Source of the DNA: Azolla caroliniana
Taxonomy: Eukaryota; Plantae; Polypodiophyta
Direction: 5' to 3'
Length of the DNA stretch: 64,000 bases
NCBI GenBank assembly: GCA_043228905.1
Contig: JBHGNT010000012.1
Location: 15,748,001 to 15,812,000, forward strand
Of this stretch, positions 51,205-64,000 are shown one piece after another. The position numbers and the translations under genes were made by a program. Position 1 is the first letter of the stretch, and each line of letters begins with the position of its first letter. The notes below the pieces were generated by a model. The model saw nothing but the letters and a program-made list of their open reading frames with translations, ran no database searches and had not been told where the DNA came from.

Positions 51205-52081
51205 AACCCTAGATCTGTGCAACCCATTAGTGGTTCCATTCCCTCTAAGCAAGTTAGCAATGTGTTCTTAGACCAAGTAACCATTAGTACTAAAAGTACC
51301 TCTCCAGTACATGTCTCAACACTCCTAGATTCCGGAGCTAATTCTTGCTTCATGGATAGGAATTTTGCCCAAGCTCATCAAATATCCCTAAGAAAACTCC
51401 CGTTTCCAGCCTCTGTAGTAGTCATTGATGGTCGTCCCATTGCTTCCGGAAATATCATAGAAGGGTCAGAGCCCGTTAATATTGTCCTAGATAATTTAGC
51501 GTGTGTAGTATCCTTTAATATAATTAGTATCCCAAAACATCCAATTGTTTTGGGATTACCATGGTTTGAATTACATAACCCAGACATAGATTGGAGAACA
51601 AGAGAAATCCGATATCAACAAACCCGAGGATCTACTCAGAAGATTGCAACCATTTCGCTACATCAGTTGCGTGAGGAAGGACGCAAGGAAGAAATGTTTC
51701 TCTTCACAATATTAGTAAAACCCTCCAACAACACTAAAGAGGAGTCCATCGTTCAACTTCTAGAGAAGTATCGTCATTATGCCGATGTGTTCGATAAAGT
51801 ACAAGCCAATACGCTTCTTCACCATCGACCGTATGATTGCCCCATTGATTTACAACTGGGAAAAGAGCCACCATGGGGACTGATCTACAATTTGTCACCA
51901 ACCGAGCTAGAAGTCCTTTGAGCCTATATAGAGGAGAATTTAGCAAATGGTTTCACTCGACATTCCAAATCTCCAGTCGGCGCACCTATTTTCTTCGTCA
52001 AGAAAAAGGACGGATCAGTTCGTTTCGTCGTTGATTACTTTGGCTTGAATAAGGTCACCATCAGGAATAGGTACGTTTGAA

Positions 52082-52538
52082 TGTTAACGTGCGGAAGCGT
52101 TAGACAGAACTGGCTTAGCCGGATAGCAACAGAGAATAAGATGAAGGTTTAATGGAGAAGCTTAATACATAGAGAATATACGCGGGAGAGACAGAGAGAG
52201 CAGAACGTAGACGTAGATTCAAAAATAAAAATACTCTGTGACTCAGTACATACAACGTGCTAAACAACACTATTTATATAAGTTCTCAAAATGACTGACA
52301 GGAGTACTGCTAGGTACGTCAATGCTCATACGAGCGACTGACACTAACTACGAGACAATGATTACCTAGTAGTCTAGGCTACTACTAGGCTTCCGGTTCA
52401 CACTCAAATCCGACTCTCTGATCCATCTGGTTGTTTCTGGATACCATCCGGATACCGATCCGACTCATCCTTCCGAATGCTGATCCGGCTCAGGCTTATT
52501 CAGCGGATCCTGATCCGGTTGAGCTTGCTCGCTCAACA
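52082..52538 (-). mobile_element. Nested solo-LTR-like insertion in the gypsy RT
   Basis: TGTTAA...TCAACA termini; interrupts KVTIRNRY|TLPLI; TATA on the minus strand (tatttatata near 52271); no clean TSD. Confidence 0.75.
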
Positions 52539-55495
52539 ATACACACTTCCCCTTATCTCAAGTCTTTTAGAACGGATCAATGGTGCACGGTTCTTCACAA
52601 AGATCGACTTACGAGGAGCATATAACCTCGTACGGATCCGACCAGGAGATGAATGGAGGACCGCATTTCGCACCAGATATGGGCACTTCGAGTATACGGT
52701 CATGCCATTTGGCCTCACTAATGCGCCAATAGTCTTCTAGCACATGGCAAATGATATATTACGAGATATCTTGGATGTTTTGTTTGATCATCTATTTGGA
52801 TGATCTACTGGTTTATTCGAAGACCCAAGAAGAACATGATTCTCATGTACTGTTAGTACTAAAACGACTTCGAGAACATGGTCTTTATGCAAAGCTGGAA
52901 AAATGTAGTTTCGAGTGCAACCAGATAGAATTTCTAGGCTATGTCATTTGCTCGGAAGGCATCTCCATGGATCTAGCTAAGGTCAAAACGGTGGTAGAGT
53001 GGCAGACTCCGCGTTCGTTGCGAGATGTGCAATGCTTTTTAGGCTTTGCCAAATTCTACCGCAAGTTTATACAGGATTGCTCAAAGCTTGTTCTGCCTCT
53101 CACACAGCTCACCAGGAAGGGACAATCGTTCGTTTGGTCTAAAGAAGTAGACATGGCTTTTGAGGGTCTTAAGAAGGCATTTACATCAGCTCCTATTCTA
53201 GCCCGTGTTGATCCGGAAAAACCATTCATCATCAAAGCAGACACGTCGGATTTCGCGTTGGGTAGCATTCTGTCACAACAAGGCGATGATGAAAAGCTCC
53301 ATCCTGTGGCTTTCCACTCATGCAAGTTTGACACCGCCGAAATCAACTATGAAATTCATGATAAGGAGCTATTAGCAATAGTGGATTCTTTTATGCAATG
53401 GAGACATTTTCTAGAGGGATCTTCTCATCAAGTCACCGTATTCAGTGATCACAAAAACCTTGCCTACTTTCAGAATGCTTGTGTGTTAAATCGACATCAA
53501 GTTCGGTGGGACCAATTCGTCACTCGTTTCGACTTCAAAATTACATATCATCCGGGGAAGCAACAAGGGAAGGCATATGCATTATCACACCGCTCGTATC
53601 TAGCACCGGGTCTTGGCGAGCCAACTTTCAATAACCAAAAGCAAGTAATCCTAGGACCAACATGACTTCAAGCAATGCAGGTCTTCTGAATGCCCTTGGA
53701 TTCCCACGTTATCGATACCATACGTGAGGACTTGAAGACAGAGGCTTTCGCCCAAGCTATTCTAGCACAAATTGATCCGTCACGAGCATCTTGTTCAGAG
53801 TCGCAATAACCAGGTACAAACTATCGATAATTAGAATGTCATGATGGATTACTATTCTTTAAGAAACTCTTGTATGTTCCTAATGGTTCTTGTCGCCTTC
53901 GAGTAGTCCAAAACTGTCAGGACACATATACAACTGGGCATTTTGGTAGTACTAAAACATTAGATTTAGTACAATGATCATTCTGGTGGCCCCATATGCG
54001 ACAATTTGTCGAAGATTTTGTGCGGACTTGTGATACATGTTGTAGAGTAAAAATGCCAAGGCATCATCCATATGGTTTATTAGAACAATTACCAATTCCA
54101 AGCAAGCCGTGGCAATCCATTGCTCTAGATTTCATCACAGATCTTCCGGTGTCTAAGGGATTCAATGCGATCTTAACAATAGTAGATTGATATATGAAAA
54201 TGGGCCATTTTCTGCCATGTACTAAGGAAATCTCCAGTGAGGAAACCGCCGAAACTGTCATGTGTGAAGTATGTCAGCATCATGGCCTTCCTGATAGTAT
54301 CATCAGCGACCATGGACCCCAGTTCATCTCGAAATTCTGGAAGTACCTCTTTAAAATGCTCAAGGTCACTTGTAACCTCTCCTCCGTCTACCACCCGCAA
54401 ACAGATGGCCAAGCAAAATGAACAAATCAAATGTTGGAGCAGTATCTTCGGTGCTTTCTAAGCTATCATCAAGATGACTGGGCGGATATTCTCCACTTCG
54501 CCGAATTTACGTATAATAACTCTATCCACTTCTCAACAAAGGTCACACCATTTTATGCTTATACGGGCTGTCACCCCCAGTGGTGTGTTTTTGAAACCCC
54601 AGAGTTACCCACAAATCCTTGCGTAGAGGATCATTTGGAGCAGTTACGCAAGATACAAGCGGATTTATCTACTCATCTACAACAAGCTCAACAAACACAC
54701 AAGGTTTGCACGGATCGTCATCAGCTTCCATCCAATTTTAACATTGGAGATCGGGTATGGCTACTTCGACGACACATCAAGACTACTCGCCCATGCAAGA
54801 AGTTGGATTATCGGAGATTAGGTCCTTTCCGTATTATCGAAAAAATTAATGATGTCGCTTTTCATCTCGATCTACCTCCACAACTTCGGATACATCCGGG
54901 GCTTCATAATTCTCTCCTCAAACCCTATCAAGACATCACCATCCCAGGTCCTATTTAACAACCTCCACCCCTGATCGAACTTGAAGATGGACATGAGTAT
55001 GAGGTTGCCGCCATCCTCGATTCCAAGATTGATCGCAACAAGCTCTACTATTTAGTAACGAGCGTACTTGGGAACCAATAGAGAATGTGACCAATGCTCA
55101 TACTCTTCTTGAAGACTTCCATCTTCAATATCCAGACAAACCGGGTCCTCAATCCAAAACGACTCGTGACACTCGTCATTTTAAAGGGGGGATATTGTCA
55201 TGATATGGCAAGACTCGAACCCATGACCTTATGTTACATGGGTCGAGCTTTTGACCATTAGACTATATGTTGTAATATGAAGGATACTATTTTCATTTAA
55301 GTTTTACTATAGAAAATTGATGTATATTCCAGATTTCTCTGGAACATTCTAGAAACTTCAGGAGTACTCTTGAGAACACTATAAAAGAAGGCACAAGGCA
55401 TTATTTCAAACCAAAACGGTTCAACGCCAGTCTTAAGCCTCCTAGCTACTATTGTATATTCTCTTAACATAATATATATCTTTTGTTATCATCAT

Positions 55496-55527
<32 letters not shown>

Positions 55528-55659
55528 ACACTCACTCTTTCCTTCTCTCGAGAGTTCTACACCTCCCTTAGTACTAATCATCATCTTTTAGTACTAATTC
55601 CTTCTCTGTCTTAGTACTGTTCTTGACAGTACTTCTCTGTCTTAGTACTGCTCCTGACA

Positions 55660-56383
55660 AGCATAATCTTTGTTTTAGAGCTATTGACATTTAATTTAGT
55701 ATGCATGCAAATTTTTTCCAATGCCTTCACAAGCTTTTGTGCATATGCTAAAGTATTTGCAAAAAACACTACATCATTTGGAGATAACAAAAGCATAATC
55801 ACAACATTCCCAATGGCAACTTCTTCAACACATTCTTCCTTTGCAAACTTGGTAATCATTTCTTCCAATTCATCAATGCATAGACTAAATAGTGTTGGTG
55901 AGAGTGGGCATCCTTGCTTAACACCAATAGTGCTTTTGAAAAAATTTGAAAGTTTATCTCTCATATGCACACAACATATAACCTTCTCATAAATTCAGGA
56001 AATTGCAAGCATATATTCGTTTGGCACCTCAAGTTCTTCCATTCGCCTCCAAAGATGCTCACGAGGTATCATATCAAAAGCTTTCTTGAAGTCTACAAAG
56101 CAACAATATAAAACTTTACCTCTAAGGCGACTTTCCTCCATTAATACTCGAAGGGTGACAAGGCGATCAATGGTGCTATGGGGTTTTTGAAAGCCAGCTT
56201 GTCGAGAAACTCTCTTACCATTTTTTTAGCCCATACACTTATCTTTGATTCCATTATACATCCAAATAGTTTTGCCATTAATGAGCCAATCATGATGGTC
56301 TGATAGTTGTTTACATTATTTACATCTCCACCTATATGTAAAGGTTTGATCCAATTTGTAGTCCAATCGTACGTCATACCATG
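55660..56383 (-). mobile_element. RTE/RTEX-like LINE RT core (5'-truncated)
   Basis: DWTTNWIKPLH.GGD..N.NNY, CCFVDFKKAFD, GVKQGCPLSPTLF and KLNVNSSKTKIML. Confidence 0.9.
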
Positions 56384-58004
56384 TGTCATGAATACATAAA
56401 CATCATGGCTTCACTTGGGCTTGAAGCCAAGACCTTATAATACATAATCAAGAACCTAACCATTAAGATAGAATATGACCGTATGAAGATCGATATGACG
56501 CAATGACGAAGACCATTGTCGGACGAAGAAAAGCAACGACGCCAAACAAACCGTCTGTGCTTATATTGCGGAGGTCCAGGACATATAGCCATTCATTGCT
56601 CCCGTAGGCCAAGACGTCAAGTAAATCAAATTCACTATGACAATAAAAATGACTCCAACATTTTAGAAGCACTTAGTGATTCTAATATTATGAATAATCC
56701 ACCCTTGTCCAATAAGTTTGAAGTCCTAAGCCAATTAGAAGAGGAGTCAAATGAATAAGTCTGGCCAAAATAGGAGCCATTTGGTTGGACAACCCTAGAT
56801 CTGTACAACCTAGTGTAGGTTCCATTTCATCCAAGCATGTTAGTAGAGTCTTCTTAGCCCAAGTACAAGTTAGGACACCGAGTTGCCAACTTCATGTCCA
56901 AGCCCTCTTAGATACCAGAGCCAATTCTTGTTTCATGGATAGAGATTTTGCCCAAAAACATCAAATATCCTTGCATACACTTCCTTGCCCAGTTTCCGTA
57001 GTAGTGATTGATGGACGTCCCATAGCTTCCGGGAAGATATTCGAAGAGTCTGAGCCAATACACATACTCTTAGGTGATTTTGGATGTGTAGTCTCCTTTA
57101 ACATAATCCGTAGCCCCGAGCATCCAATTGTTCTTGGTTTGCCATGGTTGAGCTACATAACCCAAGAATCGATTGGAGGAGGCGAGAAATTTGGTGCCCT
57201 TCTACAGAAAACATCATTGCTAAGGATCGAACCCAAGACTATTCCCTTAAAGAATATAGTTCTACCAGTGCACCATCTCTTTTTCACTAAATTTTAACCA
57301 TCACATTCCAACAATTGTCCCAAGTGGAAGGAAAGGAGGAACTTTTCTTATTTGCAATATTAGCGACACCTTCCAGTGCCACTCAAGGCAATTCAGACAT
57401 CCAAATTCCCGAAAAATATCAAGAATATGCTGATGTTTTCGACAAAGTCAAAGCTAGTGCACTTCCAAAGCATCGGTCGTACGATTGTCCCATCGACCTC
57501 CAACCCGGAAAAGAGCCACTGTGGGGTCCGATCTATAATCTATCACCAAATGAGCTTGAGGTTCTTCGAGAATACATTGAGGAGAATCTTGCACATGGGT
57601 TTATTCAACATTCAAAGTCTCCAGCCGGTGCTCCTATATTTTTTGTGAAGAAAAAGGACGGGTCGCTTCGTTTGGTTGTGGACTATCGAGGATTAAATAA
57701 AGTCACCATAAGAAATAGGTATGCTCTTCCTTTAATCTCCAGTCTTGGTATACAGTCATGCCTTTCGGGCTCACAAATGCATCCGCAGTTTTCCAACATA
57801 TGGCAAATGACATTTTTCAGGATTTTCTGGATATCTTTCTCATAATCTATTTAGATGATCTATTGATTTACTCTAAAACACAGGAGGAACATGATATACA
57901 TGTCCAGAAAGTACTTGAACGCTTAAGAAAGTATGGTATGTATGCCAAACTTGAGAAGTACAGTTTTGACAGCGAACAAGTCGAATTCTTGGGTTATACT
58001 ATTT
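56384..58004 (+). mobile_element. Related chromovirus fragment: LTR start fused to gag end-PR-RT with internal deletions
   Basis: TGTCATGA LTR-like start at 56384, jump to the gag knuckle near 56475, PR LLDT.A, RT with a deletion near 57748 (LPLISSL|YTVMPFGL), ends at VEFLGY. Confidence 0.9.
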
Positions 58005-60032
58005 TGAGCACGAGGTCGTTGCCTTCGTGAACTCACTGTTTTGTACATTCCAACTTAGTGACAGTTTGCAGCCTGTGGGCTGCCGTGGTTTTTCCCTCTT
58101 TGGGTTTTCCACGTAAACATTCTGTGTACCCTTTTCTCTCCTTTGTGTCGCGTGTTTTCATTTCCTGTTTCCTGTGTATGAAAAGAATCTCGGTTGTGGC
58201 CGAGCGTTGTGCATAAGGAGCGTTGAGTTCCCGTCAAGTGGTATCAGAGCGAAACGACATAGAAAATGGACGAATTGTTTGGCGGCATGTTCAAGCTCAC
58301 CGGCTCCAACTATTCAGTGTGGAAGTCGAAGATGAGGGACATGCTCGTGGTTAAAGACCTCTGGCTGTCGGTTCAGTTCGGGGACAAGAGACCGGACAAA
58401 ATCGACGCCGCGATATGGGAGGTGATGCACATGAAGACAACGGTGTACATACGGTGCTTCATCGACATGAGCCTGTACAACAACTTCAATGAAGAGAGCA
58501 AGGCTCATGAGCTCTGGGAGAAGATCGACATAATGTTTCAGAACAAAAATGCTGTTAATCAGGTGTCGGTATTCTGGAAGCTAGTAAGACTCCGGTACCA
58601 AGATGGCTCTAGCATGGCGGAGCACATGAATGCCTTCTAGGGGCTGATACACTAGGTAACATCATTGGAAGTACCTCTCGCCGACGAGGTACTAGCGCTA
58701 CTCTTGCTTGGTTCCCTCCCGGATAGCTGGGAGACGTTGGTTGTCACTTTCGGCAACGCCGGGCTGGAAGGAAAGCGGTTATCCCTAGCAAGAGTAAAAT
58801 CGAGCTTGCTAGATGAGAAGGCGTGTCGGAAAGATAAAGATACGAGCTCCGACTCCAAAGCGCTCCTTACCGAATCGGAACGCGGAAGACAAAGAAACCA
58901 TAGTCCCCAGAACCGGGAAAAGTCGGGGACACGGTCAAAGTCAAGGGGGAGACCTACTTGCTTCTATTGCGGCAAGCCGGGACACTTCCAAAAGAACTGT
59001 CGGCATTTCCGAAAAGATAAGGAGACCGATGGTACCGATTCGAAGCGGACCCCAGACAGGAATGGTAAAAAGACTGGAGGGGGCCGGACCGGAAGGGAAC
59101 GACGACGATCGTGGCAAGTGAAGAAGAGTTGATGCTCATCACCAAGGAGTGTGAGATTAACCTTGCCGGCGACGAGATGACCTGAGTGGTAGACTCCGGA
59201 GCGTCGTTCCACCTTACCCCGGACCGGAAATGCTTCTCATCCTACTCAGCTGGTGACCACGGCTGTGTCCGGATGGGGAATGAAGGTACATGCCGAATTG
59301 ACAGCATAGGAGACGTGTGGCTGTCAACACCAACCGGATGCAAGTTACTGCTGAAGGATGTCCGACACGTTCCGGAGGTTCGTCTGAACCTGATATCAGC
59401 CGGTCGGCTAGATGATGAAGGCTACACGGGTAGCATCCGGAACGGTGTCATGAAGTTCAGCAAAGGGAGCCTGATTGTGGCTCGGGCCCGGAAGGTCAAC
59501 ACACTATACCTGATGAATGCCTTGTTTTGTCCGGAAGAAGTGAACGTGGCATCCGACACTGCCGGTGAGCTGTGGCACAAGAGGCTGTGTCATATGAGTG
59601 AGAAGGGGATGAAGAGGCTTGCAAAACCGGACCTCCTTCCGACCAAGGCCACCAATGAGACGTAATGCACCACTGGTGTTGGTGCATACGGATGTGTGTC
59701 AAGTAGACACGAAGTCACATGCCGGAGCGCAGTACTTCGTGACGTTCATTGATGACCACAGCCGGAAGCTGTGGGCCACACCGTTGAAGAAGAAGGATCA
59801 GGTGCTATCCATCTTCAAAGAGCTCCACGCGAGAGTGGAAAGAGAAACCGGCCGAAAGCTGAAGGCGGTTCGAGCAGATAACGGAGGTGAATACCGGGGG
59901 CAGTTTGAGGAGTACTGCCGCTTGAAGGGAATCCGGCTCGAATTTACCGTGCCGAAGATGCCGGAACTAAACGGACTGGCCGAGAGGATGAACCGGACCA
60001 TAATGGAGAGGGTCCGGAGTATGCTAGCGCAT
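58005..60032 (+). mobile_element. Ty1/copia (Tnt1/Tork-like) 5' half: partial LTR, PBS-iMet, gag, PR, partial INT
   Basis: LTR end ...CCGTCA at 58236; PBS TGGTATCAGAGC 58239-58250; gag NYSVWKSKM and LLGSLPDSW; CFYCGKPGH; PR VDSGASFH; INT ADNGGEY and NGLAERMNRT. Confidence 0.95.
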
Positions 60033-60678
60033 GCAACAATTAGCACTAAAAGTACCCCTCCAGTACATGTCTTAACACTCCTAGATTCCGGAGCTAATTC
60101 TTGCTTCATGGATAAGAATTTTGCCCAAGCTCATCAGATATCCTTAAGAAAACACCCTTGCCCAGCCTCTATAGTAGTCATTGATGGTCGCCCCATTGCT
60201 TCCGGAAATATTGTAGTATCAGTGTTGTCCTAGATAATTTGGTATGTGTAGTATCACTCAATATAATTAGTAATACAGAACATCCCATTATTTTGGGGTT
60301 ACCATGGTTCGAGTTACACAATCCGGACATAAATTGGAGAACAAGAGAAATCTGGTATCGACAACCCCGAGAATCTACTCAAAAGGTTTCAACCATTTCA
60401 CGACATCAACTGCATGAGGAAGGACGCAAGGAATCAAGGTTTGTATTCGCAGTATTAGTGAAACCTTCCAACACCATTAAGGAGGGATCCGTGGTTCAAC
60501 TTCCAAAGAAGTATCATCATTATGCCGACGTGTTTGATAAGGTACATGCCAATACTCTTCCTCACCATCGACCGTATGATTTTCCCATTGATTTACAACC
60601 AGGAAAAGAGCCACCATGGGGACCAATCTACAACTTGTCATCAACCAAGCTAGAAGTCCTTCGAGCCTACATAGAGGA
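60033..60678 (+). mobile_element. Third chromovirus protease/RT-start fragment
   Basis: Closely similar to 51278-51935 ([29 protein letters not shown]) with a small deletion. Confidence 0.92.
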
Positions 60679-63605
60679 TGTTAGAAATATTGAGAATCGA
60701 TTAGATAGGTATATAGAGTTACAATTATAGAGATGAATATATGAAAACAAAACTTCTATTACATATAAGAGTAGCTCACAATGGTAGTTTTCCCATGCAC
60801 TCACACCTTAGAGCTTAGATAGGATATGGACCATCTCACTACAAAATTAGTGGGGATTAATGATCAATCCAATCACTGTGTAAGAAAGTGGATTATATTC
60901 TATGTTTGGTCTAAGTATAACATTAAATGTGCAAGTCAGTTGATAGTAGTGGAGATATTCCTTTTCTGTCAATTGACTTGCCATTTAATATGACCCAATT
61001 CCCTAGATATAGGCTAATGCTAGATAGTACTTAGCTTGAAGTCAATGGCACATACTTCAAGACTAAGTACATCATAACTTGCCCACAAAATATTCTAGTT
61101 GACTTGATTAGCCAATCCTATTACCTATTTCGCTCTTTCCTAAATACATTGTGTCCTACACATCTACGGTTTCCTAGATTAACACCTTATCAACCCATAT
61201 GGTTGAGTTGCACCCTAGCCACTCCTCATTTGGGGCACTATCACAAAATGTGCACTCTAAGAGCACATATGGGGATAGATTTACAACTTCAGGCTAATCA
61301 TTGATTATATCTAACACGTCCCCTCAATGATCAACCCATTGAGTTCACTTGGTATTGGGCCAACTCCTAGTCGTCGAAGGTGTTGTTGTAGTTGTTCTAC
61401 TCCAAGCGCCTTTGTGAAGATATCAGCTGCATTTTCTGATGTCGGACAATACTCAAGCTCCACAATCTCATCATTTATTAGCTCCCGCACATAGTGATAC
61501 TGAATCTCTATGTGTTTAGTACGTGCATGAAATACATGGTTCTTGGAAATGGCCATGCAACTCTGATTGTCACACTTCAATACCGTTGATGTCCTTATTG
61601 GAACCGCCACATCCATAAGGATTCTTCTTAGCCAAACTACCTCGCATGCCGCTATGCATGCTGCTTTGTATTCTGCCTCCGTTGAAGATAGTGCCATTGT
61701 TGGTTGTTTTTTACTACTCCATGAAACAACTCCAGAGCCTATTGAAAAACAATATCCAGAAACTGATTTTCTGGAATCACTATCTCCAGCCCAGTCAGAG
61801 TCGCAATACCCACTAAGTTCGTCAATTTTTGGCTTGTAGAAGATTCCGTAATTAAAAGTACCCACAATGTATTTTAATACACGTAGTGCAACTTTCCAAT
61901 GAGTCTCCTTCGGTTTGTTGCTAAATCGACTCACCACATTGACTGCAAAACATATATCCAACCTAGTGTTGCATAGGAAAATTAAACTTCCTCGTCAACT
62001 AGTAGCATATAGTATAGAGATCCACCCATTGCAGGAGTTACCTTTTTTCCAGAGAGGTCGATGTGTATTAGCTGTAGAAGAGTCTTTGTCCGATTTTGAC
62101 TCTCTTTTGGAATGGCTGATCTTTGATGCTTGCCCATCATACAAGCATCACAAACATGACTTAAGTTAGATAGGGTTGGCAACCCAACTACCATATTCGA
62201 CTTCTTCATCTCCTTCAACACAGCAACATTGAGATGCCCAAATCTCTCATGCCATTGCATTGTGTTAGTACTTGTGTTGTGGTCAGTAGAAATCGTAAAC
62301 GCGCTAAGCTCATAGAGATTGTTGCGCCTTACCCCTATTCCTACAACCTTGGCAGCAGAATCTGTTATTTCTGCACCTAACTTCTTGAATCGAACATCAA
62401 GACCCTTGTCGGTCAGTGCAAAAATGGACAATAGATTCTTCTTCAGATCTGGCACGTACAACACTTGAGAGAGATGCTTTGTCCCACCAGTCGTTGCTTT
62501 GAGGGAGACAATTCCGGTTCCTCTAGCTGGACATCGAGCATTGTTCCCAACCACAACATTGATGGGCTCTTGTAGAGGTGTCCAAGAGTTGTACCAATCA
62601 CGATTACTAGTCATATGTCGGGACGCTCCACTATCGAGAATCCAAGAGTCGACGACAACTTGAGTGTCAACTAAAGAACACACTTCTTCAGTTGCGACCC
62701 ATAACTCAAGTTCATCTACGACATTGTTGGCGGACTCGGGCTCTCTCCAAGAAGTCATACTAGAACCATTCTTCTCGTCCGCCATCTTCTTCTGACAATC
62801 CTTGATTGTGTGACCCATCTTGTCACAGTAGAAACACGATCCATTGAACTTCTTCTTCTTTGGTATCTTATTCGCATTTTTTGAATTGGATGCCCCTTTA
62901 CCCTTAGTCCTAGAGACAAATGTTGAATCTTCCCTTCCTTCTCTTGTCTTCAACCGAAGCTCCTCTTCGAGCAGCATTGCACTTAGTTCATCAAATTTTA
63001 AAGGAGTGGTCGAACCTGAGTGTTCAATGTTGTCACAATGCCATCATACTCGAAAGGAAGTACTCGAATGCACTGACGAGCCATATCCTCTGGAGAGACA
63101 ACTACTCCAACAGCCGCCAGTTGATCTTGAAGATCCTTAATCCTTTTTACAAAGGATTCTACTTTCTCTCCATCAGCGAGCTTCTCTGCAGCAAGCTGAT
63201 TTTCGAGGTTCTGTATCCTTGTATAATTTCTAGTTTCATATTGGTTGCCCAATATGCTCCAAGCTTCATGTGCCCTGGTTGTATGTTGCACTAATGTCAG
63301 TACAGAGTCACATACACCAGTGACTATGGTACATAGCGCACCAACATTCCTTCTCTTCCATGCTCGAAGTAGATCAGCATTTGGAGGGATTGATGTGGTA
63401 GGGTGTGTAGGGTCAAAGGTCGCCATGGGCTCAGGGTCTCCTCCAGTGGGTCCCATGATTGTCTCCAACAACTCGTAGGAGTCCAAAATGGTAGACATTT
63501 TGAACTTCCATAGAGTGTAGTTGGTTCCATCTAGCTTTCCATCAAACAATGGAGGTGGGCGAATGCGCAGTGGAGCAGCTGCAACATTCGTGGACAAGGC
63601 CATTG

Positions 63606-63654
<49 letters not shown>

Positions 63655-63949
63655 TTGTGCTACTCGACAACAACTACCCATATACACCTAATCTAGGTCA
63701 ACCTCACTCTGATACCATGTTAGAAATATTGAGAATCGATTAGATAGGTATATAGAGTTACAATTATAGAGATGAATATATGAAAACAAAACTTCTATTA
63801 CATATAAGAGTAGCTCACAATGGTAGTTTTCCTATGCGCTCACACCTTAGAGCTTAGATAGGATATGGACCAGCTCACTACAAAATTAGTGGGGACTGAT
63901 GATCAATCCAACCACTGTGTAAGAAAGTGGATTATATTCTATGTTTGGT
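60679..63949 (-). mobile_element. Ty1/copia element with a large internal deletion: 3'LTR 60679-61316, PPT, RNase H, PR/gag, PBS-iMet, 5'LTR from 63718 (interrupted near 63950)
   Basis: LTR TGTTAGA...TCTAACA repeated at 63718; PPT ttgagggga; PBS ctctgatacca 63707-63717; ORFs with NYTLWKFKM, CFYCDKMGH, WILDSGAS, SDWAG, SSTEAEY and ADIFTKAL. Confidence 0.96.
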
Positions 63950-64000
63950 ATGTCTTCCCCTAATCTCTATATTGATTTTTTCATGGAGGCTCCATGAGGC

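Larger units (their letters stand above)
49456..55659 (+). mobile_element. Full-length decayed Ty3/gypsy chromovirus (Tcn1-like): 5'LTR 49456-49923, gag-PR-RT-RH-INT-chromodomain, 3'LTR 55196-55659
   Basis: LTRs TGTCA...TGA(C/T)A, 5-bp TSD AGCAT on both sides, PPT aaaggggggata; gag KEPKIGLP.KFNGTR and CLYCGGPGH; PR LLDSGA; RT YLDD; INT DFIT/GPF; chromodomain YEVAAILDS..KLYYLV; many stops. By eye about 16 substitutions in the first about 235 bp of the LTR pair. Confidence 0.97.

Overview
Eukaryotic, repeat-rich land-plant genomic DNA, probably a fern or other non-seed vascular plant (inferred from GT-AG introns, Tcn1-like chromoviruses, an RTE/RTEX-type LINE and abundant TATG/CT microsatellites). 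Three host genes are recognisable: DCC1 (minus, 3 coding exons, 6798-8422), an mTERF-family gene (plus, 28071-31290+) and an LRR-VI-2/MDIS-like atypical receptor-like kinase (minus, 37231 to at least 42050; 5' end unresolved). The rest is mostly nested or chimeric transposon debris: Ty1/copia pieces, a full-length but decayed chromoviral Ty3/gypsy element (49456-55659, TSD AGCAT) inserted in a LINE, hAT transposase relics and MITEs. Most notable: (1) a Penelope-like retroelement relic (about 13870-16360) with an RT-thumb motif, a decayed minimal hammerhead ribozyme and a long palindrome centred on telomere-like repeats; (2) antisense tRNA-like A-box/B-box modules inside LTRs of at least two different element types; (3) a -1 frameshift signal and a self-priming-like PBS in the chromovirus; (4) many deletion and template-switch junctions that stitch unrelated retroelements together. 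All calls come from reading the sequence by eye; no database search was run.
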